A DNA stretch of 64,000 nt from an uncultured Candidatus Saccharibacteria bacterium (GCA_964406895.1 CAYOTK010000002.1:6004-70003), one strand, 5' to 3'; positions 1 to 9,570 are shown, counted from the first letter of the stretch. Translations and numbers: made by a program. Notes: generated by a model not told the origin, from the sequence alone.

Positions 1-13
1 CTATGATTAAGTT

Positions 14-2317
14 ATGAATTTCGAACAAAGGGAAGAAAATAACCTTATGTTACCCACTGAAACCACCACTCAAAGACAGAAGGTTTTTATGATGGCCAGA
101 AAAGAAACCGGAGACCAAAAAATCCTAGAGCAATTTACACCCGAACAGCAAAGAGAAATAGAAAGTAAACAAAGAATTCTCTCATCCCTAGCTTATTTTA
201 TTGGTAAAGATTTTAGAATCCCGGTTGAGCTAAATGAACCTGGGCGGGGTTGGCACTGGGATTTTGAACATAATGTTATTCGGATTGATCCTAAAGATCT
301 TCTTGAAAAACCGATGGATTATCTTCGTTTCGTGATTGCCCATGAAGGTGGTCACCGGCGGATTTCTCGCACAGATTTTATCCCAGTCGAAGAGTGGGAG
401 CAACCGGGTTTTTCGGCTTTGATGAACGCGATTGAAGATCCCCGGGATAATAATTTTGTGGCGGAAAATTATCCAAGATTCAGAAAACAAATGGAATTCG
501 CCTATAATTTAGATGAAGAACTGGTAGCAAAAGCCAAAGCGGAAGCCAAAGGAAAGTTGGGTTATCAGCCTAGGTTTATGCAAGCGAGTTTTGAATATAT
601 AAAACAATGGTTTAACGAAAGACAGAATCGGGAAATGAAAATAAGTGAAGATTTGACCAAAGATGTTAAAGTGGTTTTGAGCAAAACTCTCAAAAGTGCG
701 CAAGACTCTTGGTGGCGATACCCAACTAAAAAAGAAGCAGATGAAAGTGAGAAGCTCATTGCCGATTACGCCAAAGTTTCCTACGAAATCAACCGTGATG
801 AAATTTGGCCGGAGTTTAAAAAGTTGGTTGCAATGGATATGCAGGATCAAAGAAGCCAGGAGTTTCTTAAAAATCAGCAAAAAGCTAGAGGTAAAGAAGG
901 TGGTTCGCCTGGTTTACCACAGGAGTTAAAAGAAAAATTGACTCTTGAAGAACAGAAGGCCTTGGAAGAGGCGCTTGATAAAGCCATTGAAGAAGCCAAA
1001 AAAAGACAGGAAGAAGAAAAGGCCAAAGCGGAAAAAACCAAAGAGGCAACGAGCGAAAAATCAGCTGATGGAGAAGAGGAAACACCCGGTTCATTCAGCG
1101 GAAAAAGTGATGATAAGGACGGAAAATCAGAATCAATGGAATCACAAGGGAAACCCGAAGAACAATCAGTCGATGGACAACCTGTTCCGATTAATCTGGA
1201 TTCATTATCCCCGGAGTTAAAAAATAAAATTAAGGAATATGTTGACTCCCTTCCAGAAGATAAGAAAAAAGAATTGACCGAAAAAGCCAAGAAAGCACTA
1301 AAAGAATTCGAGGACAAACTTAATGAAAAACTTCAAGGCAAGCTGATGGAAAATCCAGAAGAGAAAAAGACTGAAGATCAAAAAGCTCAAGAAACGACAA
1401 TCAGTGCTGGGGAGGCAGTGCGAACCGGCCCAAAAAGGGCGGGGGTTGTCGATATTGCCGGGCTAAAAACTTATAAAGAACGTCTTGAGAGAGAGATAAA
1501 TAAAGACGCCAATTTATATGAGGAAATGAGACGAGAGGTTCTGCTTTTGATTGATAAATTAGAGATGGAGTTGAGACAAATATTTGTTGCGCGCAAAACT
1601 CGGGCCTGGAAAACCGGTTTTGAAACAGGTAAAAGGATAGATATTAAGACCAGGATTCAAGAAAAAGCCCAATCTGTTCCTATAATGGAAAGCCGAGCCT
1701 GGCAGAAAAGAGAAGCGCCTCAAGAAAAAGATTACGCAATTTCTTTGCTGGTGGATTTATCCGGTTCCATGTGGCAAGATGATAAAATTAAGGAGACTTT
1801 TAAAGCGGTTGTTGTCCTTTGTGAAGTTTTGAATCGTCTATCTATTAATTTGGAGATTCTGGGTTTTAATGATCAAATGTACACTTATCAAGCCTTCGGT
1901 GAACAGATATCCAATAAAATCCGCGAATTGATGGGTGGTATGATTAAAGAAGTTGATGATAGTCGTTGCCATAGTTGCGGTAATGAACATAATGAAACTG
2001 ACTTGGGTTGGGCTACAGAAATGGCTTCAAAAAATCTGGCTAAACAAAAAGCCGATAACAAATTCCTTATCACCTTATCAGATGGAAAGCTGGAGGAATC
2101 CTCAAAACATCCTCGCGACAAATATAATTTAGAGGCAGTCATCAAAAAAACCGTTGAGGCTACGGATATAAATATTATCGGTTTGGGTGTTGGCCGGGGA
2201 ACTCAGGGAATGAGTGTCTACTATCCCAAAAGTATCGCCAATGTTCAGGTTTCTGAGATGGCCGAAAAACTTTCTGACCTTATCCGTGATGTAATTGCAG
2301 ATTATGATAAAATCTAA
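14..2317 (+). CDS. vWA-domain protein with N-terminal HExxH (metallopeptidase-like, CobT/NorD-like) region; probable partner of the MoxR-type ATPase
   Basis: AHEGGH and NAIEDPR motifs in the N-terminus, long charged linker, C-terminal MIDAS motif DLSGSM...T...SDG, GLGVG strand. Confidence 0.8.
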   Translation: MNFEQREENNLMLPTETTTQRQKVFMMARKETGDQKILEQFTPEQQREIESKQRILSSLAYFIGKDFRIPVELNEPGRGWHWDFEHNVIRIDPKDLLEKPMDYLRFVIAHEGGHRRISRTDFIPVEEWEQPGFSALMNAIEDPRDNNFVAENYPRFRKQMEFAYNLDEELVAKAKAEAKGKLGYQPRFMQASFEYIKQWFNERQNREMKISEDLTKDVKVVLSKTLKSAQDSWWRYPTKKEADESEKLIADYAKVSYEINRDEIWPEFKKLVAMDMQDQRSQEFLKNQQKARGKEGGSPGLPQELKEKLTLEEQKALEEALDKAIEEAKKRQEEEKAKAEKTKEATSEKSADGEEETPGSFSGKSDDKDGKSESMESQGKPEEQSVDGQPVPINLDSLSPELKNKIKEYVDSLPEDKKKELTEKAKKALKEFEDKLNEKLQGKLMENPEEKKTEDQKAQETTISAGEAVRTGPKRAGVVDIAGLKTYKERLEREINKDANLYEEMRREVLLLIDKLEMELRQIFVARKTRAWKTGFETGKRIDIKTRIQEKAQSVPIMESRAWQKREAPQEKDYAISLLVDLSGSMWQDDKIKETFKAVVVLCEVLNRLSINLEILGFNDQMYTYQAFGEQISNKIRELMGGMIKEVDDSRCHSCGNEHNETDLGWATEMASKNLAKQKADNKFLITLSDGKLEESSKHPRDKYNLEAVIKKTVEATDINIIGLGVGRGTQGMSVYYPKSIANVQVSEMAEKLSDLIRDVIADYDKI

Positions 2318-2329
2318 TATAATCAAAAC

Positions 2330-2758
2330 ATGACAAATGTCTCAAAAATGGCCTTATCGCAATTTTTAGCCAGAACCGAAGCCCAGAAGGATATTTCTTT
2401 AGTCATTGCTCAAGACCAAAAAGAACTCAATGAATTCAGTCTTTTTTTGAAAAATGAAGGATTTCAAGCGGCAGAAAATATTAGAACCCTTATCTCTTAT
2501 TTGAGCGACACTTCTAAGCCCGCCAGATTATATGTTTCGCCTAATAAAGATAACATCAAATCTTTCTATGATTTTCTAGTTCAATATCCAACCGGGCAAG
2601 TGGAGATTTTTGACAGTCAGGAAATGAAATCCAAGGTTTTTCAACCCGACTATAACAATTCTACAGTTGTGTTTCTTGTTTCCAAAAAAGACATCTCCGA
2701 ATTTCAGTCGAATAATTTTTCGCTTCTTCAATATGCCGGGATGACTTTTCAAAATTAA
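2330..2758 (+). CDS. hypothetical protein in the vWA-AAA operon
   Basis: 142-aa ORF spaced 12 and 9 nt from its neighbours. Confidence 0.6.
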   Translation: MTNVSKMALSQFLARTEAQKDISLVIAQDQKELNEFSLFLKNEGFQAAENIRTLISYLSDTSKPARLYVSPNKDNIKSFYDFLVQYPTGQVEIFDSQEMKSKVFQPDYNNSTVVFLVSKKDISEFQSNNFSLLQYAGMTFQN

Positions 2759-2767
2759 TAAATTATT

Positions 2768-4849
2768 ATGAAAACCACAGAGCAACCCAATCCAGTTTTA
2801 TCAGAGGAAGCAATTGTTAAACCAGTTCAAGAGACCGAAACATCTGTCTCGTATTTAGGAGTGACTCTTGAGAAAGCAGAAAAAAAAGAAGGACGTTTTG
2901 TCCCTAAAAAAGAACAATATAAAGATTATATTAATGAAAAATTTTCTCTTGAGCTCCAGCAAAAGATAGCAATATCTTTTCTGGCCGGTGATCCAGTCCT
3001 GATTGAAGGGGGAACCAGTATTGGAAAGACCACGACAGTCAAAAAAATGTGCGCAGAACTTGGTTGGGAAGTCCATTATGCCAACCTTAACGGAGCGACC
3101 GATGTGCAAGATTTGATGGGTCGATATATTCCTAATCCGTTCAAGCTTGATCGGACGAAAATCTCCGATGAAAAATACGAAAAAATTATCAAAGAATGGA
3201 TAAATCACACCGCCGGAATGGATCCCTCCCTTTTGGAGGGTAAGGAATATATTTTTGCTGATGGAAAAGTGACCAGCGGCTTGCGTCAAGAAGAAGGAAA
3301 AGTAAAAGTAATTATTTTGGATGAGTTTAATGCTTCCGCTCCGAACATCCTTATTCGTTTGCACGAAGTGCTGGATGCCCTGGAACGCGGTGGCGATGTC
3401 ACTTTGTCCGAGGATGCCTCGGAAGTTGTTCCGGTCAGTAAAGGAAATACTAAAATAATTGCCTTAATGAACCCACCAGGCAAAGGCTATTTTGGCCGAG
3501 AACCACTGGATCCGGCCCAGCTTAGACGTTGGGTATATCAGAAAGAAGTGACTGAACTTCCTGGTGAGACTTTTTCATTCAGCACTAAAGCTCTTTTTGG
3601 CATACGGTCTGATATGCAAGAAATACCAGAGGATCTTTATCTTAAACCCCGTCAGTCAATCCTGCCGGCCGAACAACTTCAAGAAATCCCCGGCATTGAA
3701 GATATTTTAGCCAAATACGAAGAATTTCATAAAGCCGTTAAGGAATTGGTGGCCACACGAAAAATTGCCACCGATCAACCTCAGCCATTTACTTACGATG
3801 ATCGAGCGGAACCACGACGAGTTCGGGATTTTGTTTTGCGTTTTTATACGGGTGATCTGAATGAGACTTTCCAAGAGGCCCTGCGTTATTATTACCGGAA
3901 TAAGTTGGAAAGCGATGAGGATAAGAAAAAAATCGGTGAGCTTATTGACCATGTGATGCATGTTCCCAAAGAGGAGACAAAGAGAAAAGGGACGAAAAGA
4001 AAAAGCGATGAGAAAGCTAAAGAAGCTAAATCAGAAAATCCAGGCGAAGCCAAGGAAAAAATAGATGCGGAAGAATTGCTGGGTAAAACCGAAGAAGAAA
4101 TCAAAGTCATGAAAACAGCTTTGAGAAAAAAAAGAAAGGAAATTCTGGGTGAGTCTTCTGACTCCGTCATCTCCGTTGAATATAAAAGAAAGGACGAAAA
4201 AGGCGAAGTTGTCAATGAAATTATTAAAATTGATTTTCAAGAAAAACTAGATTCCGCGGTAGATTTTTACAAAAAGCACGATATAGAACTGCCAACAGAC
4301 TTTATTGAACAAATACAAGATATTTGGCAGAGAAATGTTGATAGTATGAAAGAAGCGATAGAAAAACAGGGTTTTGATGAGATATTGTTTATCCCCAGTG
4401 GCTTGGCCGTGCCGGACTTACATACAAAAATGTCGGCTGGATATGTTGGAACCTACCAGGGCGATTATTTTGAAGCGAACGGTTCCTTTTCTGGCGTTAA
4501 AGAAAAGACAAACGATTCAAGAATTATCTTGATTCACAAGAATAACGCTCAAAATTTAGCCGATCGACCAGAATTAAAAGAAACCCTGGGAAAAACCGCT
4601 GAATCTCTCATCAAGTCCGGAGAAACTCTTACTTTAACTGATTATCTCATCTATCAAAAGAAATATTTTGAAGAAACTGGCAAGCATTTAGATGCGAATG
4701 GTTGGACCTGTCTCCCTGGTTCTAGGTCTGGCTCCTTTGTTGTCTACGCCTACTGGGTCCCGGGTAATGGTCGGCTCGTTGTGAGCGCCTTTGCTTCGGA
4801 CGACTCGACTCCGTGGGTCGGTTGCCGCCCCTCCCGCTGTTTCCAATAA
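2768..4849 (+). CDS. MoxR/AAA_5-type AAA+ ATPase fused to a C-terminal DGR-variable (CLec-like) domain; DGR target 1
   Basis: Walker A GGTSIGKT, Walker B IILDEFN, sensor MNP, 'LDPAQLRRW'; C-terminus encoded by VR1, ending GCRPSRCFQ. Confidence 0.85.
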   Translation: MKTTEQPNPVLSEEAIVKPVQETETSVSYLGVTLEKAEKKEGRFVPKKEQYKDYINEKFSLELQQKIAISFLAGDPVLIEGGTSIGKTTTVKKMCAELGWEVHYANLNGATDVQDLMGRYIPNPFKLDRTKISDEKYEKIIKEWINHTAGMDPSLLEGKEYIFADGKVTSGLRQEEGKVKVIILDEFNASAPNILIRLHEVLDALERGGDVTLSEDASEVVPVSKGNTKIIALMNPPGKGYFGREPLDPAQLRRWVYQKEVTELPGETFSFSTKALFGIRSDMQEIPEDLYLKPRQSILPAEQLQEIPGIEDILAKYEEFHKAVKELVATRKIATDQPQPFTYDDRAEPRRVRDFVLRFYTGDLNETFQEALRYYYRNKLESDEDKKKIGELIDHVMHVPKEETKRKGTKRKSDEKAKEAKSENPGEAKEKIDAEELLGKTEEEIKVMKTALRKKRKEILGESSDSVISVEYKRKDEKGEVVNEIIKIDFQEKLDSAVDFYKKHDIELPTDFIEQIQDIWQRNVDSMKEAIEKQGFDEILFIPSGLAVPDLHTKMSAGYVGTYQGDYFEANGSFSGVKEKTNDSRIILIHKNNAQNLADRPELKETLGKTAESLIKSGETLTLTDYLIYQKKYFEETGKHLDANGWTCLPGSRSGSFVVYAYWVPGNGRLVVSAFASDDSTPWVGCRPSRCFQ
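4727..4843 (+). repeat. DGR variable repeat VR1
   Basis: Gap-free alignment to TR 5119-5235; by hand count from the ggctcc anchor, 18 of 22 mismatches fall at TR adenines (e.g. aat>ttt, aac>gtc). Confidence 0.9.
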
Positions 4850-4902
4850 TTAGGTAACTTGTAGCTTGGATTTTTGTATTTATTTTTTCTTTTTATTTTT
4901 AA

Positions 4903-4947
4903 CTTCGGCGAGTATGGTTTGCGAGTTGGGAAGCAGACCTGCCGAAG
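4903..4947 (+). promoter_or_regulatory. stem-loop downstream of VR1 (candidate DGR cis element)
   Basis: cttcggc(4903-09)/gccgaag(4941-47) outer stem and ggtttgc(4916-22)/gcagacc(4933-39) inner stem. Confidence 0.4.
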
Positions 4948-5118
4948 CGCTCAAAAAAACTGAAGACAACCGCGGTAAGGTAATACCTTGCCATATTGTA
5001 AGGTTTTAAGTCGTGAGAGTGATAAGTTAAGGAAACAGCGGTTTTGGGTTGGGAAAGTTGTCCTAATAAATAGAGTCTGGTTTCCATGGATGTAAGGATA
5101 GCCTCAAGCTAAAAGAGG

Positions 5119-5235
5119 GTCGGCTCCAATGTTGTCTACGCCAACTGGAACCCGAGTGATGGTCAGCTCAATGTGAACGCCAATGCTCCGGACAACTCAA
5201 ATCCGAATATCGGTTGCCGCCCCTCCCGCCGTTTC
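5119..5235 (+). repeat. DGR template repeat (TR)
   Basis: 117-nt AAY-rich copy (reads VGSNVVYANWNPSDGQLNVNANAPDNSNPNIGCRPSRRF) homologous to both VRs; GC-rich 3' end cgcccctcccgc; directly upstream of an RT fragment. Confidence 0.9.
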
Positions 5236-5664
5236 TGTTTTAGTAATAGACTGTCCTATTTAAATGGCTTGGATGAATTTGTGAAAGAAGAATTAGGATC
5301 TAGGTTCTATATTCAATACAATGATGATTTTGTGATTTCGGATAATTCTAAATTGCGTTTAAAAAAATATTTGCCACGGATAAGAAAACTCTTGGAAGAA
5401 AAATTAGAACTGAAAATTCCGGCAGAAAAAACGTCTATAAGAAAATTGGAGTGGGAAGTGGATTTTCTAGGTTACATTATTTTGAAAGACGCTGTTTTGC
5501 TCAGAAATAAGACTAAAGGCAAAATTTTTGAGAGGTTGAATGAGAAAAATATCAGTTCTTATTTAGGCTTGTTAAAACATTGCAATTCTTATACTTTAAA
5601 ACAGAAGATCATTTCAAATTATAATAGTCAAATAAAGTCTTATGACTTTGAAGGTGATTTTTAA
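5236..5664 (+). pseudogene. DGR reverse transcriptase, C-terminal half only
   Basis: YLNGLDEFVKEEL...YIQYNDDFVI...DFLGY...SYLGLLKHCNSY match the YxDD palm and thumb of DGR RTs. N-terminal motifs are absent; there is an in-frame TAA at 5110-5112 and the only upstream start is a GTG inside the TR. Confidence 0.8.
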
Positions 5665-5689
5665 TTTACAGTATGCTAGTATTTACGGT

Positions 5690-6718
5690 ATGAAATTTGA
5701 AGCCTTAAAGCCCAAAGGTGTTACGGAAGAACCTGAAGTTTCAGGACTCGAAGCTTTGTCGGAAGAGGAAAAACAAGAAAAAGTCGCTTTAATGAAAGAA
5801 CTTGAGAATCGTATTAAAGCTGTAGAAGCCGGTCTGGCAGACTTGCAAGATGCTGTTACTGAAGCAGAAAAAAGCAATGATTGGTCAAAGGTTTCGTCAC
5901 TAAAAAATATTTTGAAAAGTAAACTGGCGCTCGCCAAAACCGCTCAAAGAAAATTAGAAGGTCGAGAGGAAGAACTTACTATTTCTGCCGAATATAAGTA
6001 TAAAGATGAGAAAGGGAAGGAAATCGCGGAGACGATAGAATTGGATTTCGAAACAGAAATTTCCTCTCTGATTGATTTATACAAGAGGAATGGCATTGAA
6101 GTCCCCGTTGACTTTAAGGAACAAATGCAAAGTCTTTGGGAGAAAAATGCCGATGCTATGACGGAAGCCGTTGCCGAGAAAGGATTTGATCAGGTTTTGT
6201 TTATTCCGGAAAATCTGCCCAAACTCAAAGAGTTAGAGGTTAAAATGACCGCGGGTTATGAAAAAGAAAAAGGCAATAAGACTTATTGGTATATAAGTGC
6301 TGATGATATAAAAGAAACAGCGACAAGGGGAGCCAGAATCATTTTGGTTCACAAGGCTCCGGATTTGACCGCTCACCCAGAACTAAAGAAAACACTGAGC
6401 AAGGAATTCGGTGGAGAAAAAGAAAATGGGAAAGATAATAAAGCGGAGGATTTTATAAAAGACGGCGAATCTTTGACTTTGTCTGAATATTTGATTTTAC
6501 AGAGAGATGTTTTTGAGAAAACTGGTGTTCATCTGGATAGCAAACTAACACCTGATGGCGATTATATTTTCTGGACATGGCTTCCCGGTTCTCAAGTCGG
6601 CTCCTATGTTATCGACGCCGGCTGGAGCCCGGGTGGTGGTCGGCTCGGTGTGAGTGCCCGTGCTCCGGACTACTCGCAGCCGGCTATCGGTCGCCGCCCC
6701 TCCCGCTGTTTCCAATAA
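5690..6718 (+). CDS. DGR target 2: coiled-coil N-terminus plus paralogue of the ATPase's C-terminal domain with VR2
   Basis: Aligns with the ATPase C-terminal region (ISAEYKYKDEKG vs ISVEYKRKDEKG; GFDQVLFIP vs GFDEILFIP); ends GRRPSRCFQ. Start moved from 5642 to ATG 5690. Confidence 0.8.
   Translation: MKFEALKPKGVTEEPEVSGLEALSEEEKQEKVALMKELENRIKAVEAGLADLQDAVTEAEKSNDWSKVSSLKNILKSKLALAKTAQRKLEGREEELTISAEYKYKDEKGKEIAETIELDFETEISSLIDLYKRNGIEVPVDFKEQMQSLWEKNADAMTEAVAEKGFDQVLFIPENLPKLKELEVKMTAGYEKEKGNKTYWYISADDIKETATRGARIILVHKAPDLTAHPELKKTLSKEFGGEKENGKDNKAEDFIKDGESLTLSEYLILQRDVFEKTGVHLDSKLTPDGDYIFWTWLPGSQVGSYVIDAGWSPGGGRLGVSARAPDYSQPAIGRRPSRCFQ
6596..6712 (+). repeat. DGR variable repeat VR2
   Basis: Gap-free alignment to TR; by hand count 17 of 23 mismatches are at TR adenines. 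Confidence 0.9.
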
Positions 6719-6940
6719 TTAGATAACTTGTAGTTTGGATTTTGTATTTATTTTCCTTTTTTTATCTTCGATTTTTTTAAAATACATCAGATGTGGTGGT
6801 TGCAAAACTCACAAGTGAATAAAAAGTCACCATATGTTTTATTTTAGAAAAGAATATAATATTTGCGTAAAGTTAAATAATAAAAAATGAAATATTTTGT
6901 TGGATATCTAGCGTCTGAAAAATTATGATAGTATTAATTC

Positions 6941-7438
6941 ATGCAAATCAAATCAACTCTCACCAATCGTTCAGGTCAAGTTTTGGATGTTACATACAAT
7001 GATATAAACGACGAATCAGAACTTGGAAATAGAAAGATAAATGGTGTTCACGCATATTGCTTCTGTGATGGCAAACTCGTTCTTGTTTACGCAGAGGAAA
7101 AGAAATATTGGTCTCCACCGGGAGGAGCCGTAGAAATCGGAGAAAGTATTCGCGAAGCAGTCACAAGAGAAGTCAAAGAAGAAACAAATATGCGCGTTAT
7201 TTCTCAAAAAATCATTGGATATCAAGAAGTCATCGAGCCAAAAGGTATTTCTGTTCAGACACGCTCCGTTTGTATTGTTGAGCCCTACGGACCTTTTGTT
7301 TCTGATTCTGATGGTGATATAACGAAGATTATGTTAATAGTTCCAAGTGATTATAAGAAATATTTTGATTGGGGAGAGATTGGGGATCACATTTTTAATA
7401 GGGCGATGGAAATTGTAAAAAACTATGAACATCTTTGA
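6941..7438 (+). CDS. NUDIX hydrolase
   Basis: Nudix box GGAVEIGESIREAVTREVKEETN. Confidence 0.85.
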   Translation: MQIKSTLTNRSGQVLDVTYNDINDESELGNRKINGVHAYCFCDGKLVLVYAEEKKYWSPPGGAVEIGESIREAVTREVKEETNMRVISQKIIGYQEVIEPKGISVQTRSVCIVEPYGPFVSDSDGDITKIMLIVPSDYKKYFDWGEIGDHIFNRAMEIVKNYEHL

Positions 7439-7829
7439 TCAAGTAAAATCATTAAATCTACCACTAGGCCAATATGCAGTCGTTGGTGGTGGTGTTCTGG
7501 CCACTCACGGTATTCGAGATTTCAAAGATATTGATATCCTGATTACTAGAGAGTTGTTTGATGAATTGAAAAAGATAGGTTGGACAATAAAAGTGACGTC
7601 TGGGGGTTCAACTAATGTGGTAAATGGTATAGTAGAAGCCGGTCCAGATATTATTTATTGCAAGAATTATGAACCAGATATTGCGAAAGTTATAAAAGAA
7701 GCTGACATCATTAATGGTATTCCTTTTATGAATTTGCATGAACTGGTGAAATTCAAGAAGGCCTTAGGCAGAGAAAAGGATTTGGTTGATGTAGGGTTGG
7801 TGGAGGAGTATTGGGAGAAATTTTATTAA
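7425..7829 (+). CDS. small nucleotidyltransferase-fold protein
   Basis: VVGGGVLATHGIRDFKDIDIL (GG...DxD) and K..LGREKD motifs. Confidence 0.6.
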   Translation: MNIFDQVKSLNLPLGQYAVVGGGVLATHGIRDFKDIDILITRELFDELKKIGWTIKVTSGGSTNVVNGIVEAGPDIIYCKNYEPDIAKVIKEADIINGIPFMNLHELVKFKKALGREKDLVDVGLVEEYWEKFY

Positions 7830-7859
7830 TTTGAAAGATTAGTGTAATATAATTGTATT

Positions 7860-8297
7860 ATGGATTGTGCATTTTGCTCAAATAAAGAAGTTAAGGAACG
7901 TATAATTATTGAGAATGATTTTGCCTTTGCGTTTCCAACCAATACTCCGATTGTTCAGGGTCATATTTTAATTTGTCCTAAAAGACACATACAATACTAT
8001 GAAGATGCAACCGAGGAAGAGAAAAATTCTATTGAAGAACTAAGAATAAAAATACGAAGAGCTTTGATTAAAACTCTAAGTGCTCAAGGTTTTAATTGGG
8101 CTTGGAATGAGGAGAAAATCAGGGGTCATTCTGTTCCACACTTTCATCTTCATGTGGTACCAAGAAAAGAAGGCGATCAGGGTGTCTATCAATATGAACC
8201 AAGAGAATTTTTGTATCGCCCTTCACCTAGAACTTTAATAACACCAAATGATGAATTGATGAAGATTGTTCGGGTGATACAAGAGGCTATAAAATAG
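7860..8297 (+). CDS. HIT family hydrolase
   Basis: N-terminal CAFC, GHILICPKRH, histidine triad HFHLH. Confidence 0.9.
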   Translation: MDCAFCSNKEVKERIIIENDFAFAFPTNTPIVQGHILICPKRHIQYYEDATEEEKNSIEELRIKIRRALIKTLSAQGFNWAWNEEKIRGHSVPHFHLHVVPRKEGDQGVYQYEPREFLYRPSPRTLITPNDELMKIVRVIQEAIK

Positions 8298-8354
8298 TAA
8301 ATAAAGATTTCAAGGTGAAATAATAAATGATAACTTGTTATCCACACCCATAAA

Positions 8355-8410
8355 TTGACTAATTCACTGAATTCGGTATAATTTGGTGATTCAATTCACT
8401 GAATTAGTCA
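8355..8410 (+). promoter_or_regulatory. sigma70-like promoter overlapped by operator-like repeats
   Basis: TTGACT(8355)-16 nt-TATAAT(8377); aattcactgaatt twice (8361, 8393); inverted pair tgactaattca/tgaattagtca. Confidence 0.45.
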
Positions 8411-8436
8411 TAAAATGGTGAATTGATATAATATAT

Positions 8437-9570
8437 ATGACAATATATAGATATTTGCAGGACAAAATAAAGTCAAACATAGGAAAAAGAAAGATACAGA
8501 TAATCTATGGCCCAAGACAAGTGGGCAAGACGACGCTTGTAAAAGAGTTTCTATCTCTACCAAATAGTGTTTATTACAACTGCGATCAAGATGAAACGCG
8601 CCTACTTTTTGAAGAAGCAAATCTAGAAAAACTTGCTACTTTAGTTAAAAAATACGATACAGTTGTAATAGACGAAGCTCAAAAAGTTAATAACATAGGA
8701 TTATCATTAAAAATTATTTTCGATAATTATCCAGATAAAAATTACATTGTCACAGGATCTTCGTCATTCGATTTGGCAAAATCAGTGAGTGAACCTCTTA
8801 CAGGTCGATTTTTTTCTTATACCATGTTTCCAATAGCTGAGATAGAACTTGCAAAAAGTAAGAATCCGATCGAGCTTCGCGAATCACTTGAGAATCGTCT
8901 TATTTACGGTTCTTATCCAGAAGTTATTACCGCAATTGATCTTGAGACAAAAAAAGAAATAATAAAAAACATCACTGACAATTATTTGTTCAAAGACATT
9001 TTATCGCAGGGTGTAATAAGAAATCCTGATGATTTACGAAGATTACTGCAAGCCATAGCTTTGCAAAGCGGCAATGAAGTATCGCTTTCGGAACTAGCTA
9101 AAACTCTTGATCTTGACAAGAATACGGTAAAAAAATATTTAGAGATTTGTGAAAAGCTTTATATTCTTTTCTCATTATCGCCATATGTATCAAATAAGCG
9201 TAAATCAATATCAATGTTAAAGAAATACTTTTTTTATGACCTGGGAATAAGAAATTCTCTGATAAATAATTTTAATCCGATTGTAACGAGGAATGATGTT
9301 GGGTCGCTCTGGGAGAATTATATGATCTTAGAAAGATTAAAATACAATTCTGCAAGAAATTTTGACCCTATGTATTATTTCTTTCGCTCATATGAGATGC
9401 AAGAAATTGATTTGTTTGAGGATGAGGGTGGGGTACTTAATGGATATGAGTTTAAATTTTCAAAAGATGGAATAAATAAAGCGACTAAAGAATTATTTGA
9501 GAATGATATCAAAGGTAAGGAACTAAAGATCGTCAATAGGGATAATTATTCAGAATTTATTGGAACTTGA
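8437..9570 (+). CDS. AAA_14 / DUF4143 ATPase
   Basis: GPRQVGKTT, IDEAQ, TGSSS, YGSYP, KKYFFYDLGIRN, EIDL...EFK. Confidence 0.85.
   Translation: MTIYRYLQDKIKSNIGKRKIQIIYGPRQVGKTTLVKEFLSLPNSVYYNCDQDETRLLFEEANLEKLATLVKKYDTVVIDEAQKVNNIGLSLKIIFDNYPDKNYIVTGSSSFDLAKSVSEPLTGRFFSYTMFPIAEIELAKSKNPIELRESLENRLIYGSYPEVITAIDLETKKEIIKNITDNYLFKDILSQGVIRNPDDLRRLLQAIALQSGNEVSLSELAKTLDLDKNTVKKYLEICEKLYILFSLSPYVSNKRKSISMLKKYFFYDLGIRNSLINNFNPIVTRNDVGSLWENYMILERLKYNSARNFDPMYYFFRSYEMQEIDLFEDEGGVLNGYEFKFSKDGINKATKELFENDIKGKELKIVNRDNYSEFIGT

Noticed and set aside
4912-4985. Possible avd remnant (VWFASWEADLPKRSK...)
   Set aside because: Too short, no start codon, and the similarity is only impressionistic.
8338-8346. 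TTATCCACA as part of a chromosomal origin
   Set aside because: Single isolated box with no cluster and no dnaA/dnaN nearby.
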